Shown: positions 1 to 9,377 of the stretch, piece after piece
Layout of the letters: each line of letters begins with the position of its first letter
How positions within the stretch are numbered: position 1 is the stretch's first letter
From: Naegleria gruberi
Lineage: Eukaryota
Strand: one strand, 5' to 3'
DNA length: 64,000 nucleotides
Assembly: GCA_000004985.1 (NCBI GenBank)
Contig: GG738888.1
The notes under the pieces: model-generated
What the model was told of the DNA's origin: nothing
The model's database searches: none
The model's input: the letters and a program-made list of their open reading frames with translations, nothing else
Translations under genes and position numbers: made by a program

Positions 1-192
1 CCCTTGTTTCCGATCATCCAACCAACTAGCCTTGTATGCATGAACATAGGCACTTGTGCACACACACAATACTACTGTAAAAATCAAACTCTCAAAATTA
101 AACAAGGCACTCTAAAACGATCATCAACATTAAATAACCCAAAGATGAAGAACATTAAATTCTTACCATTTTATATTTTTTTTATTTGTTTT

Positions 193-621
193 TTAAACAT
201 TTTCTGTTGCCAACTCGGAAGAGTTTTCAATAAATACCTTTACAAATACACCATCTTCATTTTGCAACGTTGGATAGACGTGTACATAACTATTTACAGA
301 GATTGGCCTTAATCTGACCCTTTCGTCATCATCAAGGAAGGGACTAGCAAATAATTTATCAAAAAAAGAAGAAGGTGAATTATTATTACTTGATGACGAT
401 GATGGTGATGATGAAGAATTGGAAAATAATCGAGTAAATAAATATCGGAGTGGTGATGATCGTCCCATGAAAACAAATCCACCCAATAGTGTTGCTATTA
501 TATAGAATATTAAATTCCAAAGTGATTTAGATTCCGATGATTGTGATGACGATTCTTCCTCCTCTTCTAAATATTCGTCGTCATCTTCATCCTGTTGATT
601 CGTTAATGATGAAGAATTCAT
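193..621 (-). CDS. Hypothetical small protein, acidic and Ser-rich with one predicted TM segment; possibly a terminal exon of a larger gene
   Basis: 142-aa ORF on the minus strand with a hydrophobic stretch (LIFYIIATLLGGFVFM). No recognisable family. Confidence 0.25.
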   Translation of the reverse strand: MNSSSLTNQQDEDDDEYLEEEEESSSQSSESKSLWNLIFYIIATLLGGFVFMGRSSPLRYLFTRLFSNSSSSPSSSSSNNNSPSSFFDKLFASPFLDDDERVRLRPISVNSYVHVYPTLQNEDGVFVKVFIENSSELATENV

Positions 622-730
622 TTTTTTCTCTTATTAATTTGAAATTGTTAACAACATTACAATAAATTTACAAATATCTACTATTCAATGTACAAGTTTG
701 ATATAAACAATTTATTTGAATATGATTGAT

Positions 731-1655
731 TTAATAATATTCATCATCAGAGTCACGATTTGGATCATATTTACGAACATATTCTTCCTCTTCCTCTTCC
801 TCTTCTTCTTCTGGTGCATCTTGTTGATAATTATTGTCACCATATTGAGGTTCTTCCTCAGCTTGGGTTTCCTCTTTTATTTCGAATGAAACTTTAGTTT
901 CCTTTTCAGTTTCTTCTGGTTTCTTACGACCTTCAAGTCTTTCTTGTTTTTTCTTTTCAATCTTTTCCAATTTCTCCTTAATTTCATCTTCAGTTTTAAT
1001 AACTTCATCTGGGAATTTTTCCTTAAATTCCTTTGTAATTCTTTCAGCATCTTCCTTATCAATAATAGGTGGCTAATTTTCATAAATCATCATCAATACA
1101 CAGAATAATAATTATTATTATCAACACTATGCTTTGAATAGAAATAACATACATTTGGACCTCCTTTGTATCCTGCCTGTTGTAATTCTAATAAAAATCT
1201 TTCTTCTTCAATCCATTCTTCAGCATCTTCGAATGTCTAAAATGTTAAACATTCAAAATTGATGACAATTATTATCCATTCAGTATGATTACGATTCAAT
1301 TGTTAATGAAAACATGATAATCAGAATTTACAAAATTGTAAATTAAACATACACCAATAAATTTAGTATCAACAAATAATTGTGGTAAATCATATAAACC
1401 ACCATTGTATTTTAACATTTCATTAATCTTTTCCGGAACGGTACCCAAATCTATCACTGTATATTTAACTTGATTACTATCCAAGGTTTGAATTAATTTT
1501 TTACATTGGAGTGAACGTGATCGGATAGACTTGACTGAATTAGATTCATCAAATATTGATTCGAAACCTACAGAAATATAACTAATGTACACAAAGAGTT
1601 CTCCTCTAGTGGTACTACTTTCTTGAGACATTTTTTTGTTGTTTTTAAAACACAC
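731..1655 (-). CDS. SH3BGR-family protein (glutaredoxin-like fold with Glu-rich C-terminal tail), 3 exons
   Basis: Exons on minus strand: 1353..1655 (ATG at 1631 or 1655), 1153..1236 and 731..1072. Introns are GTATGT...TTTTAG (116 nt) and GTATGT...AAATTAG (80 nt), both frame-consistent. The protein LFVYISY...VKYTVIDLG...PQLFVDTKFIGTFEDAEEWIEEERFLLELQQAGY plus an E-rich tail matches the SH3BGR/SH3BGRL pattern. Confidence 0.6.
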
Positions 1656-1686
1656 ATTGACAAGTGATTACATGACAACCTGACTG

Positions 1687-2235
1687 TTATTTTACTTTTT
1701 TAAGAGGAGGTTCTGTATTATCTGTTGTTAATTGTTGTTGATCCTCCCGTTTTCTCTTATCTTCTGAATGATCTTGTTCTTCATTTGATAAATTAGTAGA
1801 TTCAATTATTGTTGATTTTTCTTCTTCTTGATTTTCTTCAGAAACCTGTGGTGGATGTTTAAAACACCAATCACATTGTAAAACTTTACTTCCTAATCTT
1901 TTCCCACGTAATCCCTCAAGAGCTTCCCTAGCTTGATCTAAATTTGCATATTTTACAAGAGCCAATCCGATTGGTAATCCTGTCCTTCTCGAAAGTTCAT
2001 AATGCAAACTAATAACTTGTCCAAAGTCTGATAATGTATCCGTGAGAGTTTCTGCATCAATATTTCTATCAATATTATTAATAAATAGCACATATCCTTG
2101 TACACTTTCCACTGGATGCGTTATTTGTGATTCCGATGCTGCTAAAGAATGTTTAGAATGTTGTTGCTGATGTTGTTGGGGATGATGATTTATGTTGTGA
2201 TGAGTATTGTGCTGCTGCTGATGATTGATTCTCAT
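1687..2235 (-). CDS. RBM8A: RNA-binding protein 8A (Y14)-like, exon-junction complex RRM protein
   Basis: RRM core GYVLFINNIDRNIDAETL...GLPIGLALVKYANLDQAREALEGLRGKRLGSKVLQCDWCF, including the Y14-specific VDWCF-type motif. ATG at 2235. The ORF-track start at 2310 is a TTG. Confidence 0.7.
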   Translation of the reverse strand: MRINHQQQHNTHHNINHHPQQHQQQHSKHSLAASESQITHPVESVQGYVLFINNIDRNIDAETLTDTLSDFGQVISLHYELSRRTGLPIGLALVKYANLDQAREALEGLRGKRLGSKVLQCDWCFKHPPQVSEENQEEEKSTIIESTNLSNEEQDHSEDKRKREDQQQLTTDNTEPPLKKVK

Positions 2236-2711
2236 TTTTGTATTCTTTTTACCGTTATTTAATATTTCAATTAAAAATGTTTTGTTTTCCACAACAATGA
2301 GCCTTACCAAAAACTATCAATGAAGCATAATCGACGATATCGCACAAAAATCACTTAATCATTTGCCAAGATGTTCGTCTCAATATTGAGGTATCTTTAT
2401 CAGAATGTACACCTTCACAACAACATACCCACATAAAGTCAACTGATAGCGTTTAGGAGTTATTTTTGATCAATAATATTTTTGAGTTGTTTTTCAAATG
2501 AATTGTTGAGAGAAAATGCGTTAAAAAAAAGGGACAACACTTTAAAGTTTTTTCATGTTTTGAACACAACTGTTGGAAATATTTAATATTTTGATCATCA
2601 TCTTCAAAGAGAATACTTGTTGAAACAACATTTAATACTTTATCAATCAAAATATACCATTTACTATCAAAAGAATCAATTTCTTGTTGAGAGTATTCTT
2701 CCGAATCAAAT

Positions 2712-4913
2712 ATGAAACAATCACCAATTCATGATGAAGCCTTTACAACAACTAATCCATGTATAGAATCGACTAATCCAACAGAAGCATCATCAACACA
2801 TATGGAAGATGAAGATTCTCTATCGAGCCATTCCTCTTACACAATAATGGAACAAGAAAGTGGTATCATTGACCCAACATCCAATCAATCTTCAATTATT
2901 ATTGGTGGACAACCTAATTCAGGTGCAAGTGAAGAAGAATTACTTGCCATGATAAGTGATGATACAATTTCTTCTTCCAGTGTTGCAAGTAGTGGAGGTG
3001 GCACAATTTTCATTCCAGCTGATATTTATGATGATGATTCTGATGGTGAAATAATTGTGGCAAGCGAAGCTACTTTTATACCAGTTGTGAATCCATCAAC
3101 TGGTCATTTGAATAATTCTCTTCTTTCTGGAGTACATTTTCCAAACCAAAACTTGTATTTCACTTCTAAAAATGGTACAACCTTTAGGTTTATTCCGTTT
3201 TTAGAATTAGTTCAAGAGTTAAATAATGATAATACTTGGTCTAATGTACAATTTACAACAGAGAATCCACAAAACAATTTTGAAAAGAATAATTCTTCAA
3301 GTAGTACAACTACTACCAACACTTCTACCAGTAATAGTGATATTGCTACTCGATGTGCTAGTAGTTCTTCTACAAATCAAGATAATATTGTTGTTTCTGA
3401 TCAAACAACAGCCATAACGACTACCCAAACTGGTTCAAATTCTACATCAAACAAGAGAAAGAGAGATGAAGAAGTTGAATGTGAAAAGAAGGTGAAAATG
3501 TCTTCTCTTGAACTTGTAGACTTACCAGTCCATATCAAACTGAAAATCCTAGGTTACTTACACGTTCCATTTATGGAATGTTATAGCAATTATCAAACTT
3601 ACGAACTCAATATTTCTCGTATTTTTGGTAAATTTAAAAACGATCCTTTTTCCACAATTTATTTAATGTACACAAGCTTGGGCATGAAGTTGAAACAACA
3701 ACATGGTGGTGTTTTACCAATTGCTAAGCGTACTAAAGATTTGAGAATTCTTGTTGACCCAAAGATTGCCAATCTTGATTTTATTAGTGGGTTTACATAT
3801 TTGCAAAAGTTGAGCATTTGGCTGACAGATTCTAATTTGATGAATTTGTTCCAAAAGCAAGCTGTTTTATTCCCTAAAATAGTTTACTTGAGTTTGGTGT
3901 TATTTAATGATTTGTCTGATACACATTACAGTGAGACATTCCTTAAAATGCCAAATTTGAGAACTTTGCAGATTTTCTCTGATTTGGAGAGATGCTCCAT
4001 CAAGGCAAAGGTTAACTTGCCACCACGTTTGACAACTTTAAGATTATTGAATTATGAGTTTATTGATTTTTCATTCCTCTGTCATAATACTCAAATTACT
4101 TCATTGACAGTTGTTGATTCCTGTAACTTGTCTAATATTGACAAGATATCTTCCTTAACACAACTAAAGAGATTAAAGATCAATGAAGAAGAAACAATGG
4201 ATGGAAGAAACTTGGATTTGAACGCAATTTTCCAATTGGAAACATTAGAACGATTGTCAATTCCTTTGGTTTCATTCAAATATCGTTTGAATGGGTTGAC
4301 GAAATTGCACTCTTTACGTATTCATATTGGTGACGATTTAAATCTCACTCAAATTGAGAAATATGCTAATTACATTTTAGAATGTAAGAGCTTGAAGATA
4401 TTCAAATTTGAAATGTCTGAAGATTGTCCAGCTCAAATTCAAAACAAATTCTTAGACGTTTTATCAAAGCATTCATCTATCGAATATTTAAAGACAAGTT
4501 CACTCATTACTTCAAGCCAAGTAATCAAATACATATTCCAGAATAATAGATTCCCTGCTCTTAAAGAGATTGATTTTTCAAATGCTGAAGATTTAACCAT
4601 TGAACCTTTCAAACTCTTAATAGATACCCAATTGTTTAAGAAACAATTTAATCGAGTAATATTACCAATGAATTTTAACTCTTCAATTGAAGAATGTTTT
4701 GGAGCATTGCTTCCAAACACCAAATTCAGTGAAGATTTCAAAGACAGTTACGAATATTTTGATGTTTGTGACTTTGACGATGATGACTCTGATGATGAAG
4801 ATACACGTTCCATAATTTCTGAACTAATGTCAAATGCTGATGGAGCAAGTTATTATGATGACGATTCTGATTCTGAGGACGATCAACTTTTGGAACATTT
4901 AATCGGCCACTAA
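2712..4913 (+). CDS. Leucine-rich-repeat protein with acidic N- and C-terminal regions (733 aa), single exon
   Basis: Long uninterrupted ORF. The central region has repeated L-x-x-L-x-L-x-x-N/C-type LRR periodicity, and the D/E-rich termini are ...DFDDDDSDDED... Confidence 0.5.
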   Translation: MKQSPIHDEAFTTTNPCIESTNPTEASSTHMEDEDSLSSHSSYTIMEQESGIIDPTSNQSSIIIGGQPNSGASEEELLAMISDDTISSSSVASSGGGTIFIPADIYDDDSDGEIIVASEATFIPVVNPSTGHLNNSLLSGVHFPNQNLYFTSKNGTTFRFIPFLELVQELNNDNTWSNVQFTTENPQNNFEKNNSSSSTTTTNTSTSNSDIATRCASSSSTNQDNIVVSDQTTAITTTQTGSNSTSNKRKRDEEVECEKKVKMSSLELVDLPVHIKLKILGYLHVPFMECYSNYQTYELNISRIFGKFKNDPFSTIYLMYTSLGMKLKQQHGGVLPIAKRTKDLRILVDPKIANLDFISGFTYLQKLSIWLTDSNLMNLFQKQAVLFPKIVYLSLVLFNDLSDTHYSETFLKMPNLRTLQIFSDLERCSIKAKVNLPPRLTTLRLLNYEFIDFSFLCHNTQITSLTVVDSCNLSNIDKISSLTQLKRLKINEEETMDGRNLDLNAIFQLETLERLSIPLVSFKYRLNGLTKLHSLRIHIGDDLNLTQIEKYANYILECKSLKIFKFEMSEDCPAQIQNKFLDVLSKHSSIEYLKTSSLITSSQVIKYIFQNNRFPALKEIDFSNAEDLTIEPFKLLIDTQLFKKQFNRVILPMNFNSSIEECFGALLPNTKFSEDFKDSYEYFDVCDFDDDDSDDEDTRSIISELMSNADGASYYDDDSDSEDDQLLEHLIGH

Positions 4914-5087
4914 ATCTGCAAATATTTTGCAGATTTGAGAGAAACTAGAGTTATCACACCTCTGAGTGTGAACATACGATTTTTGCAGAGTTATTTTAAA
5001 TTTTAATAGGAAATAAACAAGTAAATATCAAATGATTGGTATTACTTAATACTTTCAATACATGCATTAGTATCAGTAATATCAAAA

Positions 5088-5693
5088 TTGAAGATGTTAA
5101 TTTTTAATAATAAAAAAATGAGTGAAAGTAAAATTCGTAAAATTGAACAAGAACCATCATTGGAAGAAATGCATGACGAAGGAGAAGAAGAATGGGAATC
5201 GGAGGAAGAAGATTTTACTTCTAGAAATTCATCACAAAAAATACCTAATGAAAGCACAGTTATAAAACCATTTCCACCATGTTAGTATCATCATCATTAT
5301 CAAAGTATTTATTGAATAATAATAGTGAAATTAAAAAAGCGAGCTCCACCAAAAGTTGGAAATATTAAAAAGAATGATATATTTGTATCGAGGAAATCTA
5401 AATATCATGCATTATTAACTAGAGGAAAAATGTTATTGGAACAAGGAACGTTACAAAATAATTTTATTACAATTCATGGATTAGGAGCTGCTATTCAAAC
5501 AGCAATTGACCTAGCTTTAGATTTACAGACTTATTTTGGAGGAGAATCGAATTTAACTTTTAATATTAAGACTGATACAGTGCCACTAGTGGATGATTTT
5601 TATTCCAGTCACTTGTCGAACGATTTTTACAAAACAAGTCAAGTAAGGTTTAACTCTGCAATTCACATAATTTGTACTAGAGTCAAAAAATAG
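5088..5693 (+). CDS. POP7: RNase P/MRP protein subunit POP7/Rpp20 (Alba-like), 2 exons
   Basis: Exon 1 is 5088..5280 and exon 2 is 5326..5693, with an intron GTTAGT...AATAG (45 nt) in phase 1. The protein IFVSRKSKYHALLTRGKMLL...ITIHGLGAAIQTAIDLALDLQ...TDTVPLVDD...RFNSAIHIICTRV closely parallels human POP7 (IYVNMKTDFKAQLARCQKLL...IHGLGLAINRAINIALQLQ...TSTVELVDE...RNNSAIHIRVFRV). Confidence 0.75.
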
Positions 5694-5709
5694 AGAAATA
5701 ATAAATAGT

Positions 5710-7026
5710 TTATTCAACATATGGATGAATATCGCCTGGAATAGCTTGACCAATAACCAAGCCAGTGTTTGAACCCAAACAGATACCCATCAACAAGAAG
5801 AAGGTCATAATTGTACCAGCAGTTTCCTTTTCATGATCGTCAACAAGACTTGGACCATACATCATACACAATGATGAAAGATAACCATTTGTCAAAGCAA
5901 CAGCTGAGATAGCCAAAAGTGGAACAGCATCATTGAAAGCATCCAAACCAACAATGCTTGGCTTGTACATGAAAACGAATAATGGAACCAACAAGAGACG
6001 AACAAAGATTGGAGCAGCAACCCACTTACGATTGAACATGACAATCCAACGTGGAGCAGATCTACCAATAAAGTCGAAAATGTTAAAGCTAGCTCCAATC
6101 AAGATTGGCAACCAGTCCTTCATAACAGTTCCTGTATAATAAGTTGGTACTGAGACAGACAAACCTGGGAAAACTGAAAGAGTCATCCAAAATACTGTCA
6201 TGACGAGACAAGCTTGAATCCAAATCTTTTTGAAAACTGTGAAAATTCCAGATTTTTGTGGTGTACTTGTTGGAACCAATGTGGAAACTTCGTCATAGGA
6301 TTGTGATTGATCATTAATGGAGGTCTTTGGCTCAGATGCCTTTTGCAAATAATGTTGAACGAATGGAGTTCTCATAATAATAATGAAAGTAGCAATACAA
6401 GCAATGATAACCAAAGCACAGACAAAGAAATAAACAGCAGCTGAGATAGTCATAGTTTGAATTGGGACATGCTTTTTGTTTTGTTCAATGGTCAATTTGG
6501 TGACAATTCTCAAGAATGAACAAGCAACACCAGCAATACCGTTACCAGACATGACAGCTTGTGTGTAATTTGGAGGTAAAACACCAGCAAAACCAAAAAT
6601 ACCACCTTGTAATAATGAAGTACACAAAGCAGCCAAAATAATCAAAACAATTGTAACTGAAAATCCAGCAATGCCATTAACTCCTGCAAAACCTAAAATT
6701 GGAACAAGGATCAAAATGAAAAATGTTAAAACGTAAGCAGGAATCATTTTCATTCTCAATGATAATTTAGATCCGAATTTAATCATAAATAATAAACCCA
6801 ATAAATTAGGTACTGAATATGCTACACTGAAATATAACATTGTATTTGGGAAATATAAAGCACTGAAATAGTCAGGTGCTGAAATAAAAGCATTCCAAGG
6901 GAACAAAACTCCTGTTCCTTGTAATAAGAATATTAAATATACCAAGTTAAATTTATCCTTAGGCGCTTCATCTTTAGTAGCACCAATATCTTGATAGAAA
7001 ACTGGTAATTCTTCCTTTGTATCCAT
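5710..7026 (-). CDS. Equilibrative nucleoside transporter (ENT/SLC29 family), single exon
   Basis: 438-aa ORF with about 11 TM segments. The N-terminal KFNLVYLIFLLQGTGVLFPWNAFISAPDYF is a typical ENT signature region. Confidence 0.75.
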   Translation of the reverse strand: MDTKEELPVFYQDIGATKDEAPKDKFNLVYLIFLLQGTGVLFPWNAFISAPDYFSALYFPNTMLYFSVAYSVPNLLGLLFMIKFGSKLSLRMKMIPAYVLTFFILILVPILGFAGVNGIAGFSVTIVLIILAALCTSLLQGGIFGFAGVLPPNYTQAVMSGNGIAGVACSFLRIVTKLTIEQNKKHVPIQTMTISAAVYFFVCALVIIACIATFIIIMRTPFVQHYLQKASEPKTSINDQSQSYDEVSTLVPTSTPQKSGIFTVFKKIWIQACLVMTVFWMTLSVFPGLSVSVPTYYTGTVMKDWLPILIGASFNIFDFIGRSAPRWIVMFNRKWVAAPIFVRLLLVPLFVFMYKPSIVGLDAFNDAVPLLAISAVALTNGYLSSLCMMYGPSLVDDHEKETAGTIMTFFLLMGICLGSNTGLVIGQAIPGDIHPYVE

Positions 7027-7089
7027 TGTTATTCCAAAGTAAATGTCAAAAATTGGCTCGATCTCAGCAAATTAGAGAATATAATAAAT

Positions 7090-7530
7090 TAATAGCAACT
7101 ATTAACGGTTAGTGTGGTGATGATGGTAATAATAAAAATTGCAAAATATATTGATGATGAGATGATGATAATTCTCTCTCGCTCCGAAAATCTCGCAATT
7201 TTTTTCTTCTCGCAAAAATGCCTCAACACCAACTCTCAAATATTTTGTTGAGAAGTAAGTGGGCACCAAACGATGAAGGCTTTATTATTTGAGCGCGCTG
7301 AAAATCCCAACAAGAGCCTTGAAAAAGAGGCGACAGAAACAAGATAAGGTTCTCGGAGTTGGGAAGGAAGTACTAATGTTGCTAGCGGAGGATTAAGGAA
7401 GCAGAAAATCATGGATTAGATCATCACAAATTGAAGGTAGGGAGGAATTATACAAGTGTTTAGGAAGGTAAGAGCAGTTTGTTGGGAGACAATCCTATTT
7501 TCTTGTTTGATTCATAAAGATATTGTAAAA
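7090..7530. other. Locally GC-enriched non-coding island between two minus-strand genes; candidate structured RNA or regulatory region
   Basis: About 45% GC against an AT-rich background. It has no ORF and contains local stems such as AATCCCAAC ... GTTGGGAAGG at 7306-7370. Confidence 0.15.
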
Positions 7531-7566
7531 ATATTTTAATTTTGAAACTTTTTATAGAGCTATAGT

Positions 7567-8151
7567 TTAATCTTCATCTTCAATAACAATGAAACCAAAA
7601 TATTTCAAATTCATTGCTAAAACTCCTGAATCAAAAGTTGCATTTGTTAAATTACTACTAGTTGTGTAGAGTTTTCCATGGGTAGGATTGACCTCACTAT
7701 TTGAAAAATAAATTGTTTCATTTGGAGTTTCTTCTGAACTTTCGAATATTTCAATAAAACTTGATGCCAAACTTGCTGCCTTTGAGCTAGTTTTCAAAAC
7801 AGAATTATAGGCCAAATCCTTTGTAAACATCATTTCAATAACTTTCCTTGCCTCCTCTTTAGAAACATGATTAAATTCAGATCCATCTGAAACATCTTCC
7901 TCTTCTTCATCATCATAATAATCATCATCATTTTCATCTTTTGGTTTGCTTGGATATAACAATGGAAATAGAATTTTAGGAGGTGGTAAAGTAGAAAAAT
8001 TAGTTAAATGTTTTTTCAATGTTTTAATCAAAACTGAATTATTCCAATCTGATAGCTGTTGAATAGTATCCATTGAATTAATCTCACAATGAGTTTTACC
8101 ACATTTTCTTGATGATCGGAGCGTGAGGGCAGTTGATGAATGGTGAGACAT
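7567..8151 (-). CDS. Hypothetical acidic protein (194 aa)
   Basis: Intact ORF with a D/E/Y-rich tract. No recognisable domain. Confidence 0.3.
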   Translation of the reverse strand: MSHHSSTALTLRSSRKCGKTHCEINSMDTIQQLSDWNNSVLIKTLKKHLTNFSTLPPPKILFPLLYPSKPKDENDDDYYDDEEEEDVSDGSEFNHVSKEEARKVIEMMFTKDLAYNSVLKTSSKAASLASSFIEIFESSEETPNETIYFSNSEVNPTHGKLYTTSSNLTNATFDSGVLAMNLKYFGFIVIEDED

Positions 8152-8366
8152 TTTTTTAATGTTGTAATGAATGCGTTTTTAGAATTGAGTGAAAAATCAA
8201 ATTAATTCACCAAGATTAAGATTTGAAAATCAGATTTGGGCTATCTTAACATTTGTAAGGATCATTGTTTTAAAATGCAAGTTGTACGGAGTTAAAGTGA
8301 TTCGGATCTTACTAAATTAATCATGTGCCAAATTTATTGTAATAAGCAATAATTAGAATTAAAAAA

Positions 8367-9215
8367 ATGCTCAAACAACTCAACCCTGCCAAGTCTCGTG
8401 TCTTCGGAATGATGAAAACTTGCAACAAGTCATCAGTATTCTTTAATAATTTGATTAAATCATCAACTGGTAGTACTACTATTGTAAATATTAGAAATTT
8501 GACAACAGCTGTTGAAGTTCCTTTTGGAGATCATTTAGCAGTGTTTAAGCCTCTCACTCAGGAATATGTAGATCAGGCAATTTTATTAACTTGTCATACA
8601 TTTTCAGAGGCTGAACCAATTAATAGAGCACTGAAAGCTACACCACTTGATATGTTTCCTACAGCCAAGCATTTTGTTACAAATGCTGCAAAGGAAGGAT
8701 TGGGACATGTTGCAATTGATAATCAAACTGGAATGGTGGTTGCTGTAGTTTATAGTGAGGATTTTGTGAAGGCTCATTCCGATAATTTTACTCATTCTGA
8801 AAAGTATGCAATTTTGAATTCTCTTTTCGAACAATTGCATTCTCAATATTTCAATTCAGAACATTCTCAATTTGATGAAGATTATTTTTCTAAGAAGGAA
8901 CATTATGGAGAAATTTTGCATGTTATTATTGCTGGTACCTATAATTTTTACAGGTCTAAGGGATTGATTCGAGAACTAGTAAAAACTCACTTGGAACATT
9001 GTAAGGCAAAAGGATTTAAACATGCGATGGCTGAGTGCAGTGGAGAATATTCGAGAAGAGCATTCGAAAAATTAGGATTTGAATCAAAGGCCAAAGTTTT
9101 TTACAATGATTTCAAAGTAAAAGATAGGGTAACAGGCCTTTTCCAAAGACCATTTCAGGATAAGATTCCACAACCTCATGTTTCAATGGACATGGTATGG
9201 AAACACAATTTGTAG
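8367..9215 (+). CDS. GNAT-family N-acetyltransferase-like protein, probably mitochondrial
   Basis: 282-aa ORF. The C-terminal part FYRSKGLIRELVKTHLEHCKAKGFKHAMAECSGEYSRRAFEKLGFE resembles the acetyl-CoA-binding motif A (R/Q-x-x-G-x-G/A). The N-terminus looks like a targeting peptide. Confidence 0.45.
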   Translation: MLKQLNPAKSRVFGMMKTCNKSSVFFNNLIKSSTGSTTIVNIRNLTTAVEVPFGDHLAVFKPLTQEYVDQAILLTCHTFSEAEPINRALKATPLDMFPTAKHFVTNAAKEGLGHVAIDNQTGMVVAVVYSEDFVKAHSDNFTHSEKYAILNSLFEQLHSQYFNSEHSQFDEDYFSKKEHYGEILHVIIAGTYNFYRSKGLIRELVKTHLEHCKAKGFKHAMAECSGEYSRRAFEKLGFESKAKVFYNDFKVKDRVTGLFQRPFQDKIPQPHVSMDMVWKHNL

Positions 9216-9377
9216 GAATTATGCCTTAGTAAATAAAGCTATAAAATTCATAAATTATTATTAATCTTCCCAAGACATTGTAAAGAATTGAGAATGTTGA
9301 GCTTCTCTGCTTAACCTTTCAAAAGTTGTTCTAAGGGTTTGATGGTTTGGTGAAGAGCACTAGCTTCTATTAATCAC

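Noticed and set aside
4-312. 102-aa plus-strand ORF at the window start
   Set aside because: It overlaps the minus-strand 193..621 gene, has no homology and low complexity, and is most likely a spurious antisense ORF.
877-1083. Lys-rich 68-aa minus-strand ORF
   Set aside because: It is an alternative frame of the Glu-rich tail exon of the SH3BGR-like gene (GAA/GAG repeats read as AAG/AGA). It is not an independent gene.
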